Notes under the pieces: model-generated
What the model saw: only the letters and a program-made list of their open reading frames with translations
What the model was told of the DNA's origin: nothing
Database searches by the model: none
Assembly: GCF_006345805.1 (NCBI RefSeq)
Contig: NW_021828046.1
Location: forward strand, 1-42,063
Length of the DNA stretch: 42,063 bases
Direction of reading: 5' to 3'
DNA from: Octopus sinensis
Taxonomy: Eukaryota
In this document: positions 1 to 11,216 of the stretch, piece after piece
Layout of the letters: the number at the start of each line of letters is the position of its first letter
Position numbering within the stretch: position 1 is the first letter of the stretch
Position numbers and translations under genes: made by a program

Positions 1-545
1 TAATCACCACTGACACTGCCAAGAAACACCAACACCACCATCAGCACCATTGTGACCACCACTACAACCAAAACAGCAACAACTATCATCACCACCACCA
101 CTGACAACACCAATTATCACCAGCAACAACAACACTACCACCCCAATTACTACCACACTCTTCCACTTCATCACTACCATCACCACAACCACCATCTCCA
201 CTACCATCACCATCACAACAAAAATAACAACAATACCACAACTACCACCAACACTACAAACACGGCTGCTGCCATCACCACTACAACCACCACCATCACC
301 ATCATCAACACCACCATTACCACCACCACCAACACCACCACTCCATCACATCATCCACTACCACCATCACAACTACAACAGCGACCACCACCACCACTGA
401 CAACAACATGGTTCCGATCATAATGACCAAACGTCTCCAGCATCACCACCACCACCACCACCACCACCAATACCGTTATTACCATCATTTTCATCATCAT
501 CATCATCATCATTATAGATCACTGATTTCATGACCACTATCACCC
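1..545. repeat. Degenerate CAC/CAA/CAT trinucleotide low-complexity tract
   Basis: Mixed ACC/ACA/ATC triplets. The poly-Thr/His ORF 52-423 is a by-product of the repeat. Confidence 0.85.
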
Positions 546-1234
546 TACTCCACCCCCGAACCACCCACCACCCCCCCCCACCCGTCCAGTCCATTTAGCT
601 CCCACCAGGATGTGAGAGGCAGTAATAATGATGAAATAAACCAATCGACAAGAAAAGAAAAAAAGAAAGACAAGATAAATTATATAATAAAAGAAAAACA
701 TATAAAAACTAATGTAACAACCACATACTGCAATGTGGTAAACGATAGCTCATTGTTGCATATTGATGCCTGAGTGTAGTTCTGCATATACATACACTCA
801 CACATATATATATATATATATACACACATATAAATGTGAGTATATATATGTATGTATATCATCATCATTTAACGTCCACCTTCCATGCTGGTATGGGTGG
901 GATATATATATAAACATATACACACACACACATATCTATATACATACATACACATACATACATACATATATATATATATTTAACAATTAAGGATAATCTC
1001 TTAATAAGGGATCTTAACAAGAAATTATCAGGTAGCTAGCGTGCAAAACCTCATAAAAGAAAAGAATCCGAAAATATTTTTTTCTCTGAACAAATTAATT
1101 ATATCTATATTGTATAGAGGGCATTATTACACATAAATGCCTCACACTAGGAGGGACAAGAGTCATTACTACCAAAATTATACTAATCATACCCAAATGC
1201 AGTTTTCAAAGCAAGACATTTAAAAAATGAATAT

Positions 1235-1290
1235 GTTCTGTATCACCGTGATTTCACATACAACTTGCGTCTAATGATCGTCAGCAGAAC
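1235..1290 (-). ncRNA. Type I hammerhead ribozyme (copy 1)
   Basis: Reverse complement reads GTTCTG-CTGACGA-TCATTAGAC(GCAA)GTTGTATGT-GAAA-TCACGGTGA-TA-CAGAAC: 6-bp stem I, CUGANGA and GAAA core, GNRA-capped stem II, stem III, AUA cleavage triplet. Confidence 0.8.
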
Positions 1291-1953
1291 TGATTCTGAA
1301 TACATCATAAAAACAACCTTACGTAGCGAAGACGAACAGACAATGCTCTCTCCGGCCAAGCACATGGAATGTTTATAAATCATATATCCGGTAAATGGCG
1401 GGCTTTTTACGAACTGCATGTCGGGTAATGAAAAGTATTTCGGAATAAGTTAACAATTAAGGATAATCTCTTAATAAGGGATCTTAACAAGAAATTATCA
1501 GGTAGCTAGCGTGAAAACCTCATAAAAGAAAAGAATCCGAAAATAATTTTTTTCTTCTGAACAAATTAAAACTGCATTTGGGTATGATTAGTATAATTTT
1601 GGTAGTAAGGACTCTGTCCCTCCTAGTGTGAGGCATTTATGTGTAATAATGCCCTCTATACAATATAGATATAATTAATTTTGTTCAGAAGAAAAAAATT
1701 ATTTTCGGATTCTTTTCTTATGAGGTTTTCACGCTAGCTACCTGATAATTTCTTGTTAAGATCCCTTATTAAGAGATTATCCTTAATTGTTAAACTTATT
1801 CCGAAATATTTCATTACCCGACATGCAGTTCGTAAAAAGCCCGCCATTTACCGGATATATGATTTATAAACATTCATGTGCTTGGCCGGAGGAGCAGTTG
1901 TCTGTTCGTCTTCGCTACGTAAGGTTAGTTTATTTATGATGTATTCAGAATCA

Positions 1954-2009
1954 GTTCTGCTGACGATCATTAGACGCAAGTTGTATGTGAAATCACGGTG
2001 ATACAGAAC
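1954..2009 (+). ncRNA. Type I hammerhead ribozyme (copy 2), predicted cleavage after A2003
   Basis: Stem I GTTCTG 1954-1959 pairs with CAGAAC 2004-2009. CTGACGA 1960-1966, stem II 1967-1988 with GCAA loop, GAAA 1989-1992, stem III ATCA-CGG-TGAT, H17 = A2003. Identical to copy 1. Confidence 0.8.
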
Positions 2010-2411
2010 ATAATCATTTTTAAAGTCTTGCTTTTTGAAAAACTGCATTTGGGTATGATTAGTATAATTTTGGTAGTAATGACTCTGTCCCTCCTAGTGT
2101 GAGGCATTTATGTGTAATAATGCCCTCTATACAATATATATGATATATATATACTACACACATGGATATAAATACGTACATAATACATGCACACATACAT
2201 ATATATATACATATATATATACACATATATATGTATATATATATATTATATATATATATATATATATATGCATATGTGTACACTTATATATCTATAATCT
2301 CTATGCATCTGTATATCAATATACATACATAAGGAATACTCCCATCCTTACCCATAATCCATTGCCAAGACAAAAACAAAAATAAAGAGAAAAACAAAAA
2401 GGCAAAAATAG

Positions 2412-2454
<43 letters not shown>

Positions 2455-3093
2455 GCAGTGCAGAACTCAAACTGTATGAGTGGACAGCCACATCCCAACC
2501 CCAGCCATCAGGCCCTCATAACTGTTGACCTGTCTCCCAAGCAGGCCTGCAGTAGTTTGAACTGGTGCCAAATGTGTTTGTAGGGCAGCAAGTCTGTATC
2601 TGTGTATTGGTGGTAGTGGCGGTGGGGGGGGGGCTGAAAGGGATGGTGGAGGAGGAGGAGGAGGTAGATGAGACAGTGGAAGGGGGAGAGCAAGGAGCAT
2701 ATAGCCTAGCTGAGTTCTTGCCATATTGGTTTTGGGGAAAAAAAAAAAAGGGACTCCTAGAAAGATAGCTATAAGGTTGCTGCTTCTGCTGCTGCTGCTG
2801 CTGCTGATGATGATGATGATAATGTCGGTGATGGTGATTACGATGATTACCATCATCATCCTCATCATCCTCATCATCATCATCATCATCATCATGAACT
2901 AGTCATTATTAGTGTTATCATCATCCCCATTTTTGATATATATGATTACTTTGCAGATCACAATGCAGATGATAACAGCGGTGGTGGTGGTGGTGGTGGT
3001 GGTGGTGGTGGTGGTGGTGATGCTGCTGGTTATTATATGGTTTCGTTGTAGGTGTAGTAGTAATAGTAAGTAGAAGTAATTGCATTAATAATA

Positions 3094-3135
<42 letters not shown>

Positions 3136-3268
3136 AAGAAGAGGAGGATGCAAAGGTTAAGAAGGAGGAGACAGAAAATGGTTGATAAAAACTAAATCCC
3201 ACTTTCTCTACAGTTTCAACAATGACTTCAGGTATATTCATAGTACACAGGCATACATATTGTACCTT

Positions 3269-3301
<33 letters not shown>

Positions 3302-3312
3302 TATATACACAT

Positions 3313-3350
<38 letters not shown>

Positions 3351-3606
3351 TAATAGATAGATATGTGTGCATGTATATATATAGACATACACACACACAT
3401 ATACATATATAACTATATATACATGTTTTAATCCAACATAGAAATGAACTCCAATTTTGCTATGGGATCGGCTTGAGTAAATTGTCAAGACACTTTCTTA
3501 ACATAAAACCAATGGTAGCCTTAATGCACAATGAAGAATTTTTATCCCCCAATGTAGTATTGAGCACTCATTCTCATTGTTTGACATTTACGTATATGTA
3601 TACACT

Positions 3607-3654
<48 letters not shown>

Positions 3655-3657
<3 letters not shown>

Positions 3658-3791
3658 TCATCATCATTTAATGTCAGTTTTCCATGCTGGCATGGGTTGG
3701 ACGATTTGACAAGATCTGACCAGCTGAAGGGCTGTTCAGGCTTCCTGTATGTTTTGGCATGATTTCTATGGCTGGATACCCTTCCTAATGC
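3655..3791 (-). mobile_element. RTE-type 3' tail fragment with (GAT)n tail
   Basis: CATCATCAT-TTAATGTC...TTCCATGCTGGCATGGGTTGGACG...GGATACCCTTCCTAATGC matches the 3' end of the RTE LINE at 33748-35196. Confidence 0.7.
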
Positions 3792-3808
3792 TATATATAC
3801 ATATACGT

Positions 3809-4196
3809 GGAGGCGCAATGGCCCAGTGGTTTAGGGCACGGACTCGCGGTCATAGGATCGCGGTTTCGATTCCCAGACCGGGACGGGCGTTGTGTGAGTG
3901 TTTATTGAGCGAAAACACCTAAAAGCTCCACGAGAGGCTCCGGCGGGGATGGTGGTGATCCTGCTGTACTCTTTCACCACAAATCTCTCCACTCTTACTT
4001 CCTGTTTCTGTTGTACCTGTATTCAAGGGGCCGGCCTTGTCACTCTCTGTGTCATGCTGAATATCCCGAGCAATACGTTAAGGGTGCACGTGTCTGTGGA
4101 GTGCTCAGCCACTTACACGTTAATTTCACGAGCAGGCTGTTCCGTTGATTCGGATCAACCGGAACCCTCATCGTCGTAACCGATGGAGTGCTTCCC
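3809..4196 (+). mobile_element. tRNA-derived SINE (head H1 + tail T1)
   Basis: A-box-like TGGCCCAGTGG and B-box-like GGTTTCGATTCCC. The head recurs inverted at ~40370-40550 and the tail recurs inverted at 25770-25912 and 26165-26340. Confidence 0.85.
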
Positions 4197-4235
4197 ATCC
4201 ATACATATACATATGTATGTATGTGTGTGTGTGTA

Positions 4236-4660
4236 CAGGGCGTGGTGAATAAATTGCCTAAATTATGCAAAAATGAAAATAACACTGACATCTCATTTTA
4301 ACAGATATATTTACCAAAATTACATAAAAATATTTTGAAATACTAAAGAGTAAATTCATTCAATAAAATCGCCATTGGCTTCAACCATAGCCTCTCAGTA
4401 CATCTTTTGGAGACACAACAAGCCAACAGTTGGTCTGTGTGTCCACCATCTGATCCTGGCAGAAATTTTTCTCATCTGAGAAAAACCAAAGCATGTTTGG
4501 TTGGAAGGGATGCTTGTGTTTGTTCAAAAGCTTCATAGCGCAACCGTTCTTCTTGTCCATGATAGATTGGGATAAAAACTGACCCCTTTCTCATCTTGTA
4601 TGAGGAATACTGAATGTCTTCATGCACTACCTGCCTGACAAGAAGCTTATCCCATGTCCC
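4236..4660 (-). mobile_element. Internally deleted Tc1/mariner (maT/DD37D-like) transposase relic with one TIR
   Basis: Terminus TA|CAGGGCGTGGTGAATAAATTGCC. The minus strand gives VRQVVHEDIQYSSYKMRKG...KLLNKHKHPFQPNMLWFFSDEKNFCQDQMV..W...SPKDV, fused across a deletion to the C-terminal EAMVEANGDFIE*. Confidence 0.8.
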
Positions 4661-4748
4661 CTTGACTGTTCCCTTCCTATTCTGAAGAATTTTTCATGGT
4701 TATTTGCTTTGTCTTCTATAGTCTATTCTTCTATTCTTGGAGACATGT

Positions 4749-5137
4749 AATCAATCAAAAATCAATGGAAATTGCAGTTGTGATACCAGTGCTGGTGGCA
4801 CGTAAAAGAACCGTCCGAACGTGGCCGTAACCCGTGGCCTCTACCTGGGATGTAGCCAGTCCACTTATGCATCCCTTTCCTTCTTGGAGGCCTCGACTGG
4901 CCTCCGTGCCAGTGGCACATAAAAAGTACCAACCGATCGGGCCATTGCCAGCCTCATCTGGCACATAAAATGCACCCACTACACTCGAGGAGTGGTTGGC
5001 GTTAGGAAGGGCATCCAGCTGTAGAAGCACTGCCAGATCAGACTGGGCCTGGTGCAGCCTCCTGGCTTCCCAGTCCCCAGTCGAACCGTCCAACCCATGC
5101 TAGCATGGAAAGCAGACGTTAAACGATGATGATGATG
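4749..5137 (+). mobile_element. Non-autonomous RTE-tailed retroposon with internal GGCACGTAAAA repeats
   Basis: Repeated TGGCAC(G/A)TAAAA units, GGAAGGGCATCCAGCTGTAG, ending CATGCTAGCATGGAAAGCAGACGTTAAAC(GAT)n. Reverse complement of the elements at 28786 and 41450. Confidence 0.8.
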
Positions 5138-5530
5138 TACTGCCTCTGTTGCATTCATTTAAGGGATGTGTTTCTATATTAACGACAAAGAGTTTTAGTT
5201 TTTCTGGAATTTCTTTTAACTTTGCTGTTTTTGTTGCTCTGTTTCGATTTTATGTATGATGTGTGTGCGTGTGGTGGGATGCATGTGGTGGGGTACATGT
5301 GGTGGGGTGCATGTAATTTTGTTTCTGCATTTTTAAATTTTTTTTTGTTTTTTGTTTGTTGTTGATGGCTGTGATGGGACAAATTGTCATTCCACTTGTT
5401 TGTCGGTGACATTGTTGTTGCTGTAGTCAACCAGTTTCAGTCTTTTGGTAGTATTTCATCAACAACTGAGTACTTTCCTTAGCTATCCACAGACATAATA
5501 TTTATAAACTCACTCTTACAAAGGGCTTAA

Positions 5531-5681
5531 CCCTTTGAATTAAAATCTTCCACCAAACCTTAGTCACAAGTTCCTAATACTAGCTTAATGATAATGAAGT
5601 TATTTTACTAAATTCTTTGTTACACCTAAAATAATTGAAAGAAACACAGAGCATCTCAAAATAAATACGGTAACGAAAGGG
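5531..5681. mobile_element. piggyBac-type MITE
   Basis: TTAA|CCCTTT ... AAAGGG|TTAA: TTAA target-site duplication with CCC/GGG termini. Confidence 0.75.
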
Positions 5682-5884
5682 TTAAATAAACTGGACAGAC
5701 TGTTTTATATACATTTTAGAGAACTAGTTTAGTTATGAAATACTGGAGCGTTCAGTCTTTATTTTAATATGGACTCAATAAATGAATATATCTATAGATA
5801 TTAGCTGACATTGTATATCATACACATATGTAAACCTCCTGTCTATATACAAAACATTTCTTGTGAGCAGAGAAAAAGGATTAG

Positions 5885-5924
5885 CTGGACTTGTTTCAAC
5901 CTTGTATTGGGATTTCATCAGCAG
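5885..5924 (-). ncRNA. Degenerate minimal type I hammerhead motif (Penelope-type)
   Basis: Reverse complement CTG-CTGATGA-AATC(CCAATACAA)GGTT-GAAA-CAA-GTC-CAG. The core is intact, but stem I is only 3 bp and stem III only 2 bp. Confidence 0.45.
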
Positions 5925-6265
5925 AGTATCTCCATAGGCAGAAAAAAAGAAGGTACTCATTCACTCATGAGATTCCAACATGGGACTAAAATTATTTCTG
6001 CTGATTTCTCTTTACTTTCTACACACAGTGTTGGCTAAAGTGTATAAATAAGCTCTGTAATACATAATAGTCGAATATCATTTATGATTTTAAATCTGAT
6101 TAAATAAATGCTGATGTTTGTCAATATGAAACCTTAGGTTCCAGAAACGTAACATAAATCCCACTAAAAGACACACACCACACACACACACATGTACATA
6201 CATACATTCATTCATGCATACATGCATACATACATACATACATACATACATACATACATACGTAC

Positions 6266-6312
<47 letters not shown>

Positions 6313-6409
6313 CATACATACATACATATACATACCTACACACACACACACCCATACATACATACATACATACATACATACATACATACATACATACATA
6401 CATACATAC

Positions 6410-6940
6410 AATAGACCTGACAGTAATTTGGGATAAAGAAGAGAAAATGTGTATAATTGAGGAAATCAGCTGCCTGGCAGATGTTAACATAAAACTAAAG
6501 ATCAGTGAAAAAGAAAACTATTGAGGAATCTACAGCTACTTTAATCCAGATTACAAATTCAGGCTTATACCTGTAATTATTGGGGCACTGGGATATGTAA
6601 CACACTCCTAAATATCAATCTTGAGAAATTAAGCTTCCCAAAACCAGAAAGGAGAAAGTTGATTCAAAAACTACAGATCCAAGCCATCACTGGAACTGTA
6701 AAAACCTGTAAAACTTTCTCAAAGTTTATCATTTAAATATATATGAGCATGTCTAGATATACAAGTATATGCATGAGAAAACATACATAAAGCAAAAAAT
6801 ATTAATTCGCATATATACATACATGCATACTAAAATAACATGTTGGTGTTGAAATTCCAATGAAGGAGCCTTGGATCTAGGTTAGAAACTGGTTCTTTTT
6901 CTCTCATGGCTAGAAATCTTGAAATAAAACCGAATAATAA
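6410..6940 (+). mobile_element. 5'-truncated R4/Dong-clade non-LTR retrotransposon (restriction-like endonuclease C-terminus + 3' UTR)
   Basis: Frameshifted NRPD..VIWDKEEKMCIIEEISCLADVNIKLKISEKEN..LLRNLQLL.PDYKFRLIPVIIGALGYV...QAITGTVKTCKTFSKFII* (stop 6734-6736) carries the RLE PD..E..K and P..IGALG signature. Flanked on both sides by (TACA)n. Confidence 0.85.
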
Positions 6941-7197
6941 CATACATACATACATATATACATACATACATTCTTAAATGCATACATACATGCATAAATG
7001 TATACATATACTTAGAAGATAGAAAAGAGAGGTATAGGTTTCAATACTCTATAGTGGTTTGCTGGTCCCTTTTTTTACTATCATCTAAGGGTACTTACCC
7101 TTTCTTCTAAGCTGTTTACACATCTATTCTGCATTGGAGACTTACTTTATTTTCCGTAAACATGTTTCATATACATATACATGCGTGCATACATATT

Positions 7198-7228
<31 letters not shown>

Positions 7229-7258
7229 GCATGTGTGCATATTTTCCTTTTTTAATTT

Positions 7259-7306
<48 letters not shown>

Positions 7307-7507
7307 TACATCATTATCATAATCTATATATATGTATATACACACACACACACACACACACACATTCAAATAGGTCTCCTTTCTTTTCTTGTTCCTTTTG
7401 TTTTGCATCTTACTCTGTTCTTCTGAAACATCAGTCTATTTCGGTTCCGTTTTTTTCTATTTGTGTACTTTTCTGTCTGCGCAGCATTTCTCGTTATATT
7501 TTCTGTG

Positions 7508-7552
<45 letters not shown>

Positions 7553-8113
7553 TGTCTTTCCACCTTATCCATCACTTTTCACATATTTGTTTACCTGCTT
7601 TAACTTCTTATGTTGTCCATTTTTCCATCCCTCATTCTATTTGTGCTATCAGACACACACACACATACACACACGCAGACACACACACATACACACACAC
7701 ACACCTACACATCTATTGTAGTCTTTGTTTTATAGACTCGTGTACTTTAGTGTACTTGAGCACACTAAACCTGCACTGAAGAAAGGTGCCAGGTCTGACT
7801 GTAGTAGAATCCAACTAAATTATCAATAGTGACGACCATTTACTTCAAACTTTCGCTGATACTTGTTTCTTAAAACCAATATCAATCTATTTTGAGAAAA
7901 CCGATATTGGTGAAACTTCAAACTAAACAGTCACCATTGATACTAAAGATTCTCTCTCTCTCTCTCTCTCTTTGTGTTTGTATTTATTTGTATGTGTGTA
8001 GGTATATCCAAGTGTGTATGTATAAGCATGCACATATATATATGTATGTGCATGTGTGTGTATACATGCATGCACACACACACACGCACACACATGTAAA
8101 GAGAAAGAGACAA

Positions 8114-8158
<45 letters not shown>

Positions 8159-8560
8159 TAGATAGATAGACTGATGCAAGTGTGTGTTTGTGTGTGTATG
8201 GTTATTTTAAGTATTCCAGTCTTGTACGTTTAGACGTTTTTATTGTTTCTAAAACTCATTGCCATACTTAATTTCTACAACATATTCTATATACATATAC
8301 CTAAAAATTTCTTTGCTACCTCCCCCTATTTCTCCCCCCACTGTCCACCCCTTCACTTCCTGTCTTTCTGGTATTGGTTATGGTTGTGGCATGTCTTTGA
8401 TAGAAGAACAAAAGCTTAAAAACAATGAAGAAATCCTTAACATGTAGTAAAATGAAATAGCTGCTTCGTGGTTGAAGCGGTTACACCTGTATCTGCTTTG
8501 CTACATGAAACATTGACCGACGCACACACATAACCCTCAAAGAGAAATGGTATTCTGCCT

Positions 8561-8787
8561 GGCAAGCTGGCAGAAACGTTAGCACACCAGGCGAAATGCG
8601 TGGCCATATTTCGTCTGCCATTATATTCTGAGTTCAAATTCCGCCGAAGTCGACTTTGCCTTTCATCCTTTCGGGGTCGATAAATTAAGTACCAGTTACG
8701 TACTGGGGTCGATGTAATCGACTTAATCCCTTTGTCTGTCCTTGTTTGTCCCCTTTGTGTTTAGCCCCTTGTGGGTAGTAAAGAAAT
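8561..8787 (+). mobile_element. SINE with Meta-like domain (family C), near full length
   Basis: GGCAAGCTGGCAGAAACGTTAGC head, B-box-like GAGTTCAAATTCC, Meta-like core GCCTTTCATCCTTTCGGGGTCGATAAATTAAGTACCAG, tail GCCCCTTGTGGGTAGTAAAGAAA. Confidence 0.85.
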
Positions 8788-8938
8788 CGACTCCAGTGCA
8801 TAACTGGTACTTAATTTATCGACCCCGAAAGGATGAAAGGCAAAGTCGACCTCGGTGGAATTTGAACTTAGAGCGTAACGGCAGACGAAATACAGCTAAG
8901 TATTTCGCCCGGTGTGCTAACAATTCTGCCAGCTCGCC
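8786..8938 (-). mobile_element. Family C SINE, inverted and abutting the previous copy
   Basis: Reverse complement of 8561-8715. Confidence 0.85.
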
Positions 8939-9317
8939 ACCATTACCACACACACACACAGAGTTTGTCTGCTCACGGTGCCAGAATTTAAAATCACTGT
9001 CAGTTCTACTTTGTCGTAGATGTACAGAAACTCAGCATGAGCAAATTTTTCTTTTTCCCATTTTGTCAATATTTCACTACTGAAGCAGAAAGATTAACAA
9101 AGTTTAGCTACCAAGTAGTTTAGTTTTAGTAGTTGTGATCATAAATCTGTTGTGAGCTTGAACAGGGGCCCTCAAGCACTGGGTTGGAGACCAGTTCCAG
9201 ACTGTGGATCATTTGGGATCAAGCCACACAGAAAGAATAAATTTTAAGATTTTATTTCTATTTTATTGAGTATCACAGTCTGCAGTGTGTTTTCCCATTA
9301 TCTATGTATTATATATA

Positions 9318-9562
9318 GTGAAGGTGCATGGCTCAGCGGTTAGAGTACTGAGCTTACGATCGTGAGGTTGTGAGTTTCAATCCTGGACTGGGCTGCAGGT
9401 TGTGTTCTTGAGCAAGACACTATATTTCCTGTTGTTCCAGTTCACTCAGCTGTAGAAATGAGTTGCGACGTCACAGGTGCCAAGCTGTATCGGCCCCTTT
9501 GCCATTCCCTTGGATAAAACTGGTGGTGTGGAGAGGGGAAGCTGGTATGCATGGGCGACTGC
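9318..9562 (+). mobile_element. tRNA-derived SINE (head H2 + tail T3), 3'-truncated
   Basis: A box TGGCTCAGCGG, B box GAGTTTCAATCC, CORE-like TTCTTGAGCAAGACAC. Related heads at 16855-16985 (+) and 26340-26470 (-). Confidence 0.75.
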
Positions 9563-9865
9563 TATAGTAGAAGACACTTGCCCAAGGTGCCACGCAGTGG
9601 AACTGAACCCAGAACCATGTGGTTGGTAAGCAAGCTACTTACCACACAGTCACTTTATATCTTTATACCTGTGTTTGTCCCCCACTACTACTTGACACCT
9701 GGCGTTGGTTTGTTACATCCCTGTAACTTAGCAGTTCAGCAAAATAGACTGATAGAATAAGTGCCAGGATTAAAATGTAAGTACTGCGATCGATTTGTTT
9801 GACTAAACACCCTTCAAGATGGTTCTCCAGCATGGCTGCTCTCTAATGACTGAAAAAGTAAAAGA
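9563..9865. mobile_element. Family D SINE pieces (head on minus 9563-9652, tail on plus 9668-9865)
   Basis: Match the head and tail of the full copy at 32455-32870. Confidence 0.75.
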
Positions 9866-9880
9866 ATACAAAAACAATAA

Positions 9881-9918
<38 letters not shown>

Positions 9919-11075
9919 GTTGTATGTATTACATATGTAATAATTAAATTGTATATTATGCACTTTATTGTGTTTTGTTAATGCTTGGAATTCCCCCAGT
10001 CAGTGTGGGGAAAATCTCATTCAAAAAAATACCCATTTTTCTGAAAGTTATGAGGAAACAAAGTCAATTTGTGTGAATTATCCAAAACTCCTCTCCTCGA
10101 TTTCAAAAATGGTTTTTGACAACAAATAACAACATAATTGAAATCTTCATTTCAATTGTATTTGGAGCAAATTTAATTTTTTTTAAAAATAGCAATTTTT
10201 GTGAAAGATATGAGGAAACAAATTTGATGACAGCACACTTGTATTGATATGCCATGAATTATTTGGTGGTCGAGAGAATGAATACTAATCAATGCTTCTT
10301 CAAAACACATTTGAAGTTCTCTCACACATCTGAAACTTCAAAAACATTCTGATGCCAACTGATACACGTAGCATATTCAAGAGGATAAAAGTGTTTAAAC
10401 TCTGTGCAACCAAAACAAAGTCTCTTTCTCGAAAATTTAATGTAAAATTGGCCTCAGCAAAATTCACATGACATGTTAACATCTTCATGAATGTGAGTGT
10501 GTGTTTATATATATGTGTGTGTGTGTGCATGTATGTATGTATATATACTCACACACACATATATATACACACACATCCACAAACCTAAAGATATCTGTTT
10601 TTGTTGTGATTTGTGTGTTTAAAATAAATGAATGCTTTTGTAATTAACTGATGATATTCAGTCCTATATACACACATACATGCATATATATATATACACA
10701 CACACACACTCATGTATGTTTGTGTGTGTGTGTGTATAAAACTTTTACATGTAAATATATATACATACATACATATACATATATATATAGAGAGAGAGAG
10801 AGATGTACTCAGTCACACATACACACATACACAATTACACACACACACACATATTCGTGCAACTACACACACTGGCAAAATTATTCCTATCACCTTTCAC
10901 ATACATCTTGTCTTAAATAATGAATGCATTGGAGATTCTCTGTTATTTATTAGTTCCTCTCTTAGTTTATCGCTACGATCTCATAGATTTTGTGTTAGTT
11001 AGTGATTTATATATATATAATATACACATACATATATACATACATACATACATATGTATATATAGTATATGTATA

Positions 11076-11133
<58 letters not shown>

Positions 11134-11185
11134 CATATATATATATATACCATATATTTTACGTTTTTTGTGGTTGTATTATCGT

Positions 11186-11216
<31 letters not shown>

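Larger units (their letters stand above)
979..2138. mobile_element. Non-autonomous hammerhead-bearing tandem and inverted element (candidate non-LTR retrozyme or Penelope pLTR-derived element), ~470-nt unit
   Basis: Block 979-1569 (minus sense): TAACAATTAAGGATAATCTC at 981 recurs at 1451, period 470. Block 1568-2138 (plus sense) is its circularly permuted reverse complement: CTGCATTTGGGTATG at 1572 recurs at 2043, period 471. Both outer ends abut (TA)n. There is one hammerhead per block and no credible ORF. Confidence 0.8.

Noticed and set aside
1848-2048. 66-aa ORF within the 470-nt unit
   Set aside because: It is antisense to the ribozyme strand, the frame is disrupted by indels in the other copy, and no domain is recognisable.
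2455-2600. Unique GC-balanced stretch, possible exon or RTE 3' end
   Set aside because: No convincing splice-site pair or protein motif.
3809-3880. tRNA gene
   Set aside because: A and B boxes are present but there is no complete cloverleaf, and the sequence continues into a SINE body with another copy in the window.
10290-10400. Possible hAT dimerisation-domain relic (VSVGIRMFL...CERTS) on the minus strand
   Set aside because: The similarity is too weak to support without a search.
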